NCBI RefSeq assembly: GCF_001194135.2
Contig: NC_068984.1
Coordinates: forward strand, 133,489,498-133,553,497
Direction of reading: 5' to 3'
DNA: 64,000 nucleotides
From: Octopus bimaculoides
Taxonomy: Eukaryota
The stretch's first letter is position 1; every line of letters starts with the position of its first letter. The notes beneath the pieces are model-generated. The model saw only the letters and a program-made list of their open reading frames with translations, was not told the origin of the DNA and did not search any database. The translations under genes were made by a program, and so were the position numbers. Positions 1 through 13,125 of the stretch are shown here, piece after piece.

Positions 1-1317
1 AGGTTGAAATATATTTCATATGGATTTATATACTTCAACCCATCAACCAGTGAATAGAAGATATGTGAAGGCACCTGATCAAGAAAATACATGACAGTGG
101 AAGCTTCAAAGGAGGTGGGCCTCAAATTTGGTGTTAATGAATCTACCAGTCATTCCATTTATAAAGTGTGTGATGAGGATTCATTTATTACTATGTTTTT
201 TTGGGGGAACCAAGCCCTATTATAAAGCAAGAAAGACAAACTGTAATATATTAGAAATTTAGGTAGACAGCAATTTATAAACTGTTTTGCTTCAAAAAAT
301 CAGTGTTATGGTTCAGAATTTTATTTGGTGTCTATGGAAACTCATGGCTTTGGAGCAACATTTTTTCTTTTTTTTTTTTTTTAAGTTTTCAATTCCAACA
401 TACACAGTAACCAAAGTTACAACACCAAAATCACTTTAAAACATTGGGCAACATTTCACTATAAATTCTCACACGAACAAAGTGTAATGAAGGTGATACA
501 TGTTTTAATCTATCAAGTCAAAGAGACTATTTGAATGAGAAGGAAGTAAATTTTAGAAGGAAACGATTATCAAGAGGACACATAGATATGTTTAGTGGCA
601 AAAGAGGTGGGGAATGAAAAGCAGAACACTGTATGAAGCCAGCAGTTTATAAATAGAGGTAATCTGCAGAGCCTTACCACTTAAGTTGATATGATTCAAC
701 TGCAGTAGCAGCTGATCACAATCACTGCCCACTTATTACAGTTTTCATAATGAACTGTTGTTGGGTGGTCAGATGATTAACTCTGGCCACCAATGGGACT
801 TGAATCTCAGGTCGAAATTTCAAATCAAGAACACTAATAGCCAGGATACTGCAAAGCATCCAATCCATTGCCCTGGACTGGTGCACTATTTATCTACTGT
901 GGAAGGACGAAAGCCAAAGATGAACTCAGAATTCTGAGAATCAGAATAATAGAGTGAAGGCATTCTATCTGATTCTCTAGTGACTAACAATTCGCCACCT
1001 AACTAAATATAGCTCAACCCAATAGATAAGCAGAAAAATTTAGTTCACTTGCACTTTATGTTTAAGATTTCATTTGAGATTCCTTTCTCAGTCGTTACTA
1101 TTAAGGATATGATCTCCACATTAAACACTGTCAGTTAACTTCTCATTGGCCAACAACATATACAACTAGTTCGCAACATTTCCTTAGATACACAAAGGAC
1201 AAAGAATTCTGTGATACCTTTAGAAAGATATGGGATTCATGAACTATCAATACCTTAAAAAATTTGCTCACTGCTGCTGCTGCTGTTGCTACTACTACTA
1301 CTACTACTTCAACTAGT

Positions 1318-1512
1318 AATAATAATAATCCTTTCTACTGGAAGCACAAGACCTCAAATTTGGGGGAAGGGATTAAGTCGATTACATCGACACCAGTGTG
1401 TAACTGGTACTTGTTTAATTGACCCCAAAAGGATGAAAAGCGAAGTCAACCCTGGTGGAATTTGAACTCAGAATGTAGCACAGACAAAATACTGCTAAGC
1501 AGTTTGCCCAGT
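1318..1512 (-). mobile_element. SINE (core CTTTTCATCCTTTTGGGGTCAAT..AAGTACCAG, Deu/Nin-domain-like)
   Basis: Reverse complement of the family at 17645-18050, including a GAGTTCAAAT B-box. Confidence 0.7.
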
Positions 1513-1539
1513 GTACATTTGTTCTTTTGATCTTTATAG

Positions 1540-1782
1540 CAAGGCTGTGGAGTCAAATCAAAAAACTGCGACTCCAACTTCTCTTTATATAATCAAGTGA
1601 TTGTGGTCTACATATCTCATAAAGCATATATGCCTATGCTTGTACTTTGAGTCGGCCTATATGTTATAACTGGTTTATATTAAAGAATAAAGACATTGTG
1701 AGTCGGAATCAGAGTCGGTATAGTTTTACTGACTGACTCCAGCTACCCCTTAATTGTTTCCAACTCCGACTCCATAGCCCTG
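1540..1782. mobile_element. hAT-type MITE
   Basis: Ends CAAGGCTGTGGAGTC / GACTCCATAGCCCTG with a perfect 8-bp TSD CTTTATAG on both sides. Confidence 0.85.
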
Positions 1783-4700
1783 CTTTATAGGCCAAATCAG
1801 AAACTTCACAGCATAAATAAACATCACTGTTGCCAATGCAAATAAATGCAGATGCACACAACTCTCTATCAACATCATTCACAAGGCATAAGGCTAACCC
1901 GAGGTTTTAGAAGGCACTCAGTGCTGCATAGTGAAACTGAACCTGAAACCACGTGGTTGTGAAGCAAACTTCTTAAGCACACAGCCATACCTGTGAAATA
2001 TTTACAAATTTACTATAATTACTGCTTCTACAGCAACAGATGTAGAAGTAACAAAGAAAAACAAAAAGGAATTTTTCAAAAACTTCCCCGCTTTACAAAA
2101 AATAGTTTGGCTTTCAGAAAATGCTTAATACATTATTATATATTTCTATGATTTTTGTATAAGCCTACTTTCTTCTTAACACAAATTACACAAATGTCAA
2201 TTCCATGGTTACTAAGATTCACTTTGAAAACTGCTTAAATTATCTATGTATACACACATACAAAGCCTATGTGAATTTCTTTAAAATTAGTCACAAGGCA
2301 AAACCTAGCTACCGTGTCAATATGTCCATTCACTCATAATATTATTGCTTTATATTGTTTACCTGATCAATGATAATTTATAACAACCACACACAAAAAG
2401 AAAGCTAGTCAAAATAACAAACCAAACTGTTAGGTCACTGTGCCCAGTCTCTCATAATAGTTTCGCTACATATCATTTACTTCACTGATGACAATTTATA
2501 ACATGCAGCCTGGTGTGACATGGTTCATATGTAAGTAGTAAAGATAGTTAATAAATCAGTGCACCTCTGAGAATAGAAGCAATCACATGCTTCCAGCAGC
2601 ATTTGTAGCAGGCATGTGAGGTTGTCTGTATAATATCTGACCTTACTACTAAACAAGTCTAAATGACTTTTGGCACTCAGCCAAGGGATTCTAATTTGCA
2701 GATTCATTGATGAGAATATGGTCGATGGAATGCCTGCACAGAATCTTCAAGAGATAAACAAGGTCTTTTAAAACAATATGCCAACTAGCTAGCATTGTAT
2801 ACGTGTTACTGCAGTGCTGCATAGCATATGGGCAAACTGTATCTTCAGTTAGTCTACATGTGCTAAAGTAAGTGCATGTCTAGTGCATTTGGAGATTTAT
2901 CACAAGTTGAACAATGAAGAATTTGGAAGAGCAATCTGCTGGAAATAAATGAGACAAGAGTACTCCTCTGAATGTGCAAGATTAGTGTGAATGAACAATT
3001 TGTGACAATAGTGAATTGTAACAAATTAATGGAAAGAGAAAAAAAATGGGTATAAGGATTATAATGTGGGGGTGGAGGGAAAGCAGTGCTAAAAGACCAG
3101 AGTGGAAGGAATCTGTGTAAGAAACTATGGAAAGAAGTTGGCCTCAGGTTCTAACCTAAAAAAAAAAAGCTGAAATGGGGCTACAATGAGTGATGAGATG
3201 TAGTGGAGATCTGCCTGATCCATGCAAGCATTGCAAAATGGTTCCAACACGTCTTTGCCTTGTTTTCTCATTGCATGTCCACAGCAGTAGAGTTGCCACA
3301 TAGATAAAAACAATTAACCTCTCTAAACACAAAATAAGATGTGTGTGTGTGTGTAGATAAGCTCACAGATATAGATACTGAAATATGCTTAAAAGGGTTA
3401 AGACACTCTTTGGTCATGAATGACCATGGCATTGCACCCAGAAAGTTACCCTCCCCCAAGGCACAAGTCAGAGCATGATATTTTAATGCATGGTTTTATT
3501 ATTAGTGTATAATGAATTATATACTACATTGAAAAGAAAACTCCACAAACATCTTCATTCTATGCCACCACACAGTGATCAAACAAAATTTCCATTGGCA
3601 GACACTCACTGAATGAGAGAATATCTTGTAAATACGATTCTCTGAGACTATTTTCTCAAGTGATCTGAAGAGATGTTAACATGGCAGAATGCATAGTATT
3701 GATTTGTGGCTGAACAAAGGAAAGAAATTCAATTTCATTCTTCAGTTATTGAAGGCCTGACACAGTTAAGATTTTAACAAAAAAAATCTTATCTAATCAA
3801 TGATCAATCTTTGGTTTAAGACAACATATCACATAAAATGTATGAGGGAAATAGAGAGAGAGAGGTGAAAGAAGAGAGAGAAATGAACAGTATGGGAAGG
3901 AAAGACTCATCTGGAAATACTAATATAGTAATGCTGTCTCCATCAGAGAACTATACACATGACTGTACATAATATATAATGGATTATATGCTAAAAAGTA
4001 CTGATGTTCACAGAAACCCATAATCTCAAATTATTCTAATGAGTTAACAAAAAACAATTTTCTATGCACAGTTAGTTTTCATGGAACACTTCTCAAACTG
4101 AATTAAATAGCATTAAAGGAACTGTTGTTGAATTATATACATTATAATTCTATTCTTATAACTGACATTGCTAGAAGAAAGAGGAAAATCAGTTTTAACC
4201 AACTGATCCTGTCCAAAATTACTTATAAATAAAACTGCTTAAAGAAAAATATAAACACGAAAATAGGGATTAATAATTTCATTATAGTGATTTTAATTTT
4301 TATTATTACGTTTACAAAAATTTATACTGGACAGTATATTATGAAATTATTTATATTTACATAGAAATAATTTCAAAATGTAGTCTCCAGTTTTAACTTT
4401 TAGAAGTATATTCTGTGAGCTTTATAACCAAAGTGACCCTTAATCTCTTCAAAAGATTTTCTTGTACATTATAATGGGAGTTCTAAAATATGAATGCACC
4501 TTAACTTGCATTTCACAAACATAACTAATTTGTATCAAAATTCTAATTGAGTGATACTTTTTGTTTTAGCCTCCAAATAAACCAAACACAAAGATTTATT
4601 AGTCCCAATATATTTATAGTCATTTCATTTTTGGCGCAAGGCCAGCAATTTTAGATGGGTTAAGTTGATTACATCGACCCTGGTGCTCAACTGGTACTTA

Positions 4701-5702
4701 ATTTATTACACTGACAGATATATTAAAAACCGAAAGTAGTTTGTTACTGAATCAGCTTGAAATTTAAAGGAAAGAGTTCAAGCTGATAAAATTGTATTTC
4801 TGTTAAAATCATACATTTCACTATTGCTTTAATTTCAATGCTGTGTTTAATTTTAGGTTTTAAAATTTATTTCTAAAATGATAAAACAAAATCTAACATT
4901 ATGTTATCCTGTAAAGTAACGAGAACATTAATTATATATTCTATTGAATCATTTTAAGAACTAGCTTTAACAAATACAGAAATTTAATTGCACATCAAGT
5001 AATAATTTTTTTGCATGTGTCACATAGAAAGAAGAATTAAGATGGATTCTTCAAGCTGAACCAACCGGCACAAGACCAAGAATGCAATTGCTAGATAATA
5101 TCCATAGTTTTAGTTGGTCATATTTGAGAATCCAATAGGAAAGTGTAATGATGGTGCATCTCATAAGATACTGTGGAGGAGGTGCCCTAGGGCCCTACCT
5201 CCACAATCCTCCCAGAAACATGGAGAAGATGGATGAATGTTAAAGAGACTATAATCACTTAAAAACCTTAAGGAGTGGCAGCTGACCTGAGAGGGGCCAG
5301 TGTCCAACACAGATTACTACCTAGTTTTAGTTTCCTGATGAACATATTAAAGACAAAATGCCAATTCAGTAAGATTTGTGATTAACCAAGGTAACAGTCC
5401 TTCAGGATTAGCTATCCAATCCCCAATAACCAGGTAAAATGAGGCAATATAGAAGAATTAAGTGAAGTGTTCCGACACTAAATGTGTGTGCAGTGGATTT
5501 TTAGGATTATAGTCCATACTCATATTAACTTGGCCAATGTATCTCTGAGCTATAAATAGCTATCAAAAGGATATTAGTTTGCAAAATAAAGTATATTATA
5601 AAGCCGGTTCTTCAGTGAATGTAAAACATGCAAGAGAACTATTTTAATGTGTCTTTTTAAAATTTTATCAACCTTGTCTTTCCTGTGTTGAACAGTTTTA
5701 TA

Positions 5703-6095
5703 GGCGTAGGAGTGGCTGTGTGGTAAGTAGCTTGCTTACAAACCACATGGCTCTGGGTTCAGTCCCACTGCGTGGCACCTTGGGCAAGTATCTTCTACTA
5801 TAGCCTCGGGCCGACCAAAACCTTGTGAGTGGATTTGGTAGATGGAAACCGAAAGAAGCCCGTTGTATATATGTGTATATATATGTATGTGTGTGTGTCT
5901 GTGTTTGTCCCCCCAACACTGCTTGACAACCGATGTTGGTGTGTTTAAGTCCCCATAACTTAGCGGTTCGGCAAAACAGACCGATAGAATAAGTATTAGG
6001 CTTACAAAGAATAAGTCCTGGGGTCGATTTGCTCGACTCGACTAAAGGCGGTGCTCCAGTATGGCCACAGTCAAATGACTGAAACAAGTAGAAGA
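5703..6095 (+). mobile_element. tRNA-derived SINE, full length, major family
   Basis: A-box-like TGGCTGTGTGG, B-box-like GGGTTCAGTCC, core GGCACCTTGGGCAAG, internal (TA)(TG) microsatellite; many copies in the window. Confidence 0.9.
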
Positions 6096-6377
6096 GTTTA
6101 ATCTATCAGCTCATGATGTTGCCCTTTTACTCCATATACAATTTCCACCACCACGTCAGACTTGAACTCAAGTTACTTCTAAAGCAGGGCTCTAACCAAT
6201 CAAAATGCAGCATTAAATACCATAAAATTATTACCACAGCATACATCAGAAGTGAATACTTTGGAATATAAACATTTAAAAAATACATTTCATCTGATTC
6301 CTCTCCCTAAAACATTCCCTCATCTATTTAGCAATGTCAGCAGAATTTGTAAAATCTAGAGACATTGTTCGATTTTG

Positions 6378-7846
6378 AGGATGCTATCAATGAACTAATA
6401 TATTTTGCAATTTGGAGGGGGGGGGGGAGAGAAAAAAAAACCCTGTTCTCAAAATGCCAGTCTAACTGACCCATGTTTTTCCTTACAAAATAAAGTATAA
6501 TAGCTGGAAGGATAATTTTGGACAATGAAAAACAAGACATGAGTGCTTTTAATTGATTTGGTCTTGAGGAAGGGTTGTGGCCACAACCATGAGTGAGATA
6601 AGTGCTGTCAATATAAGACCAGTGAAATTAGTGTTATATTAAAATAGCTCTAATCTTACTGGTCATAATATATTAACACTAATTTCATTGGTTTTAATAT
6701 ATTAACAGCAACTCATTGGTTTTAAGGATTACCGAGATTAGAGCTGCTAATATCTTCAACATCTGAAATTCAATAGCTGCAGGATGCTATCAATGAACTA
6801 ATATATTTTGCAATTTGGAGGGGGGGGAAGAAAAAAAAACCTGTTCTCTTAACAAGAGGTTACACTAGAAGTCACTCCCCAACATCATTCATTATTTTTA
6901 TCATAGTACTTTCATTCAGAACATAAGGCCTTGAAAAAAATTTATCTGTAGTATCCTGCATTCTTTCCCTCTTATGAATGAAATTGTTTCAGCATTATTA
7001 GTATCATTATCAAATGAAAGGAGAGGATGCATGATACAGCAGTAGATTCTAGGCTTCATGTGCCTAAGAAATAATCAATATTAACTCAGAAATAAATCAA
7101 TACATTTTCAAGGGTGCTGGAAAGGCAGCAGATGGCAGAGAACCAATATTTTTAGTTCAGTTCTTCATGTTTGTGTTCAAATCTCTCTGCAGATGACTGC
7201 TTTTAACTCTTTACCATTACAAAAAACAAGTGTTAGTAATGGAGTGAGTTTAAATCAGAACTAATTTTGTTGTTAATTATACTAGAGTTAGTTCAGACAG
7301 TTTTGTGTGATTCAGTGCTCAACACTAAGGTTTAAAAAAAAAAAATGTATTACATCATGTATCACATTCATTCAATCAATTATCTCTCACTTCACTGCAC
7401 AATGGCTGTGGCTAGTTAGCAATTATAATTATCATTAGAGGAATGAAGCTAGCAAAAATGTGCCTGACTTCTTGCTTTATGATATTCAGTTTTGCACTTC
7501 ATAACTCAAATTCTCAAAATGCCAGTCTAACTGACCCATGTTTTTCCTTACAAAATAAAGTATAATAGCTGGAAGGATAATTTTGGACAATGAAAAACAA
7601 GACATGAGTGCTTTTAATTGATTTGGTCTAGAGGAAGGGTTGTGGCCACAACCATGAGTGAGATAAGTGCTGTCAATATAAGACCAGTGAAACTAGTGTT
7701 ATATTAATAGCTCTAATCTTACTGGTCATAATATATTAACACTAATTTCATTGGTTTTAATATATTAACAGCAACTCATTGGTTTTAAGGATTACCGAGA
7801 TTAGAGCTGCTAATATCTTCAACATCTGAAATTCAATAGCTGCAGG
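6378..7846 (+). repeat. Complex local duplication A-B-A-X-B
   Basis: A 6378-6450 recurs at 6781-6848; B 6446-6782 recurs at 7511-7846 with about 3 differences. Confidence 0.9.
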
Positions 7847-7903
7847 TAAAATATATTTAGGCAAAGAATGCCAGAGGGCTGATATTCTGGGAAGGAAAGA
7901 TTT

Positions 7904-7935
<32 letters not shown>

Positions 7936-7999
7936 TACAGTGTAAATGAGGAGGGGGAAGAAACACAGGAGTGTCATGAAAACAAAAAACAAAAACAAA

Positions 8000-8780
8000 A
8001 ACATGGAGCCTACAAGGCATCAATTTTGTCAGATTTGAATGCTATATATGGTCAAATGCTTCAGTGATGTTGAAAGCACCCACACAATTTCACAAAATTT
8101 CTTGAGGACATAGCCCACAAGCGAGTAACATAAAAGTATATTTCAAGTGGATCTAGTTTTATAAAAAGCCATACTGGTGCTCATTAAGGAAAAGGAAATG
8201 TAATATGTTGGATAAGGTTGGTTGTTAATAGCTGCCTGCCACATTTGAGATATTGAAAGTGAAATAACATAATAGCTGAGCAAGAGAAAATGCTTTGCTT
8301 GGGAATGGGACACACTGCAACAGGTTTCCAAAGATTAGGATGTATTCCTGTAGATGAGGAGTTTGATGAGAACAGATGGTAGTTCTAGGGTGCTTTAAAT
8401 GATGGTAATGGACCTTATCAGACGCAGTAACCTTTTTGATTGGAAGCTATCAGAGACACCTTCACATGTAGAATGTCAGATAGGGTGGAAAGTTTTGGAA
8501 AGAAGTCTACTTAATGCATGTGGGAAATGTTGGGGATGCCAGCTCTGCAACAGAATAGATAAATAGAGGAAATGAAGATTCTGCAAAGTTGGAAATTCTT
8601 TTGGTAAGGAACTAAAAGGATTGGCTGCTGGGAATGCAGGGCCCAGAATTATCCTTCACAGTGCAGATGTCTTGCAAGAGTTTCTCCAAGCATTGCAGTC
8701 TATTTTCTTTGCTTAAACTGTTGCAGTGCACCTACGAGTGAATCATTTAGAGGCTTTAGGTTGTCAGTGAGGTGTAGAGA
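8000..8780 (-). mobile_element. Decayed LINE reverse-transcriptase fragment (CR1/Jockey/L2-like)
   Basis: Broken frames read STGIHPNLWKPVAVCPIPK, HQYGF and FNITEAFDHI*HSNLTKL, matching RT motifs (FP..WK.A.V.PIPK, QYGF, DISKAFD.V.H). Boundaries approximate. Confidence 0.7.
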
Positions 8781-9493
8781 GACTTGTCCAAAAAGATAAT
8801 TTCAACACCCACCTAACTGTTTTTGACAACCAAACCCAGTCAATTTACCTATAAATGTGAGAATGACTCATGCATTGAATGCATTACACAATTATTGTAG
8901 CGAGATCTGACCTCAAGATCATTTAACCATACTGCATAACAACCATATAGAAAATAGTACAAGTCACAATTGAACCTTCAAGTTAAAATATCAAAATAAA
9001 TTTCATATCTCACATGACCTAAAACCATAATATTGAGAAGATTAGTTTCAGATGTTTATAATGTCAATGTTCTATACAGACTTACTACTAAATTGTAAAC
9101 TGGTTAAGCATACACGCACGCACACACACATACTAACTTCAGCAACAGTTGTGTGGGTGTGTATATTCTAGATCTGGCCATTGTAGAGTATATATACCTA
9201 TGTCATACTTCATTATACATAAGCATATGATATATCAACTCCGTTTCTCATACACATGTACCCACACTTGTCTGAGAGAGTTAAAAGCTTTGAATTTAAG
9301 CGTATACTACATAACAATAAAACGCAATGGTATATAATATCAAGCCAAATACATAACAAAGATAGGTCATAGCTAGGAGGGAGGGCAAGAGCAAAAGTGA
9401 TAAAGCAACCTGGAAGCATTTTACAGTGAGAGCTAAATAATCCAAGTCTAACCTAGTTAAAAGATTCAATTACTTAGTGCAGACAACTGACTG

Positions 9494-9533
<40 letters not shown>

Positions 9534-9562
9534 AAAGGTAAATNNNNNNNNNNAACTGACTG

Positions 9563-9601
<39 letters not shown>

Positions 9602-9911
9602 AAGGTAAATTGTGCGTGTGTGTGCATGTAGACACACAACTCCTCATTCCATTACATTTGCTATGTTCAATGCCAAATTAAGTTCAAATGTGAATATGAA
9701 GCAACCAAACAATTCAGTTTAGCATCTAAGAGCAACAATGTCTTCCTGCATAGGCAGAAGACGAAGCCTAGACAAAAACAAGTGAAAATTAAAAACGTCC
9801 CCCCCCCATCAGCAGAGTAAACAAAATTTGTTATTCAATTATGCCTTGGTTAACTTTTTTGATATCAAACTACTTGAAGCTGCCCTTGATTCCATGAATT
9901 CCATGTTTTAA

Positions 9912-10127
9912 CCCTTTAGCATTCAAGATTATTTTGTCAAATATAATCCTTACTTATTCCCATAGTCTTGAATTAATCATACATTATCTCATAGCTTTGA
10001 GATTTCAAAGATGTACTTGTTTATTTTTAGTATGACATTGTAGGATAGGTGTGAGAGGCTGAATATGGTCAGTGTACATAAAACAAGAATATTTGGGCCA
10101 GAAATAACTGGCTTAAATGCTAAAGTG
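9912..10127. mobile_element. piggyBac-like MITE (TTAA-CCCTTTAGCATT family)
   Basis: TTAA then CCCTTTAGCATT at the left end, AATGCTAAAGTG at the right end; relatives near 28670-28835, 45213-45333 and 56985-57195. Confidence 0.6.
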
Positions 10128-12756
10128 ATTTAAATGAAAGCATTCCATCAAAAGTTAATGTTAATTTATGTTCCAAAACCCCAGTTTAATAAGAACAAAG
10201 TTAATTTACTAATTTCCATAGTATTTTCAAAAATTAACTGAAACCATTTCACATGTAAATCATTGTCTGTCACAAATCAAATTTATGAGCCAATAATGGA
10301 AACGTTGAGCAGCCACATTCTGACGCTACAGGCATCAGTTCTAGCATGACTACAAAAGCCATTGGAGTGCATCTGGATACTGTACATAATTCTGCATAGG
10401 TTAATAATCAACTCCTCATTCCAAATACCAGGGTTGATTAGTAACAGAGAAGTAATCTGCCATAAAGAAAAAAGCTGCTCCAAATGTATGCAGAAAAACA
10501 TGATCGTTAAACTAATATATAAAAACAATAAATAAGTCAAATTTCTACAAATTACCTGACTGGCTAGAAAGAGCAGTCCAATCACTCCCAAATCTCACCT
10601 TATTGTCTTTATATACATGCACACAGTTTTGACTGTCGGAAAATAAGCGTACTCAATACCACAGTAGAGATTAATATTTATTTTAGCTGAGTCAGTCCCC
10701 TGCTACTCTGAGTGTCACCCATGGGTGCACAGGGTCGAACATGTGCATGTAACTTAATGGTTTGGCAAAATAGACCGATAGAACAAGGACCAGGCTTGAA
10801 AAAAAGTCCTAGGGGGTGACTGAAAATTCTTTAAGGTAGTGCCCCAACATGGCCACTGTCTAATGATTGAAACAAGATCAAAGACAGGTAATCTGGAGCT
10901 TTTATTCATTTTTATTTTTTACATAATGTTAAAGGGGTTATGCTACTTCATCAAGTGTGATCTGGAATTTTACTTTGCTGATAATCTTTGGGTAACTTCT
11001 GGAATTCATAAACCTTATTAACTAATGGTATTTAATTAAATAAACAAACCAGAGTGACTGGCTCCAGTGTACAGAAAGATGTCAAAGCTCTCAATCAAAT
11101 TGAGATAAAACTCTATTCTAGGATTTGATCACTATGTTTAAGTACCTAATAGAAAGTGTTTTAAGTTTCTCCCTATGAAAAATATTTAAATAGTTAACAT
11201 TTTTATACTGAATTCACTTTTCGACTCTAGACAAAATTAACTCAATCAAAAGTCTACAGTCTCCTTTTGACATTTAGAATTTCTAAATTGATCAATATTG
11301 TCCCTTGCCTTTCATTAAACCTATTTATTTTAGTTAAGCAGACTCAAAAATCACTAAGATCTGTTAATTTTATTATGTGGAACTTATTGCTTTCACTCCC
11401 ATTAAAAAAAAATTGAATAAATAAAAAAAAATTCAACCAAGATAAAAGTTGATGTAAATCCAATCAATATTAACCCAGTTCATATGCAATATCTAGCCGG
11501 ATATATGGCTACATTATTATTTTTTTAATTAACCAAGCAGTGAATCATAATCACTATCATCATTACTATAGCACTTCTTTTGCCATGCTGACAAAGGCAG
11601 TCTATAGAGAATTCAAAGCCAATAGCAAAATACCATATTTTCAAGGTTAGTTGTCTCTATAGCTTCATAGATGTATTGATTATATATGTATAAATTTTCC
11701 ATGTTGGCTAACACGCTAATGTCCAATTCACACTGAACGCAATACTGCAATAAAAGCAGAGTGGTTGAGGAATGGTATCAGTTGCTGTTCTCACAAGTAA
11801 AAACAGTTTATTTCATTTAATTTTCTTTTTAAACTATATTCTTAAGTTCAAAGGATTAAAATTTGCTATGAGAAATTAACAAGTTCTTAAATATAACCTT
11901 CCAGATGAAGAAAAATGCAAACCAATGTGCCAAAAGAGCTCATCTTCATAACAATTGGGCTGTAAGATACCTAAATAAATGAAAGACTCAAATATGAAAT
12001 TCTTTATAGTGAAAACCAAAAACATTCCACTGAAGTATATATAAAACATATTTGTGCTTTTTGTCTTTCTTTTTATTTTGTAAAGAGAATTCAAAATCTC
12101 ATGGAATTCTTAAGAGAAAACAGCCACATTCCAAGCCATAACGTTCAGGCAATTAAGAGAATAGAAAACAATTTTGACAGACAGCTGAAAATATTCCTGT
12201 GGGGTGAAAAAAAAAAAAAAAAAGTACTTAAATAGCCATTCTATGGAATTTTAGTTGATTTGTTAATGAAAAGGAAAACATTACAGACAGCAGACATTAA
12301 TAAATTTATCTGTGTCATCCTCCAATACAAATAATGTTGAACTTTCTGTAATAAATAGCTAAATAATGGCAATAATTAACATTTTTACATTATCACTGTA
12401 GCCACAAACTAGTAAAAGATCTCACATATGTCTGATGGATTTTATTGACTTCTCTCAATAATAAGTACTTTCATTTTTAAATAGTCTTAACATACAATGG
12501 AATAATCACATAGGAGTACTTATGAAATTATAACAGAAAATAGATTATGTAATCAATGCACATCATGGTTAATGATAAACAGTCCTTAATTCAAATACCA
12601 ATCAATCTTGTTATTCATTTCAAGATTAATAAAATAACAGTTAGTAATTATATTCACAAGAACCACAAATGATAATGAAATTCATTACATTTAATCAAAT
12701 GCAATCTTTATTTTACTATTCAAACATGGAAAGGTTGATTTTCTTTTTTAATGCAC

Positions 12757-13125
12757 AGGCGTGACTGAGAAGTTTGCTTTGCAACCACATGGTTTTGAGT
12801 TCGGTTCAATTGCCAGGCACCTTGGCAAGTGTCTTCCGTAGCCTTGTGAATGGATTTAAGAGACAAAAACTGAAAGCAGCTGGTCACATGTGTGTGTGTG
12901 TCTTTGTCTTGACATCATGACAGCTGTAAATGAGTGTCACTGTCATACAAGCAGTGTTTCTCATCTCCAATATTCTGCAGACATGACTGGCCATGGAAAA
13001 TATTACCTTGCTTGTACACAGGCAAAGGTTGGTGACAGGAAGGGCATGCAGCCATAGAAAACATGCCTCAATAAACTCCATCTGACCCATGCAAGCAAAG
13101 AAAAGTGGACATTGAATGACAATTG
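12757..13125 (+). mobile_element. tRNA-derived SINE, diverged, alternative 3' tail
   Basis: Same head and GGCACCTTGGCAAG core as 5703; tail ends CCATGCAAGCAAAGAAAAGTGGACATT. Confidence 0.75.

Noticed and set aside
5698-6087. 129-aa ORF and similar calls at 16123, 19734, 21694 and 25301
   Set aside because: All lie within SINE copies and include microsatellite-derived runs.
9484-9610. Direct repeat across a 10-N gap
   Set aside because: Identical sequence on both sides of a 10-N gap indicates overlapping contig ends; the same pattern occurs at 16215-16325 and 24721-24800.
10283-10591. GVIGLLF as a possible MRTO4 exon (GEVGLLF)
   Set aside because: Flanking residues and splice positions do not fit Mrt4.
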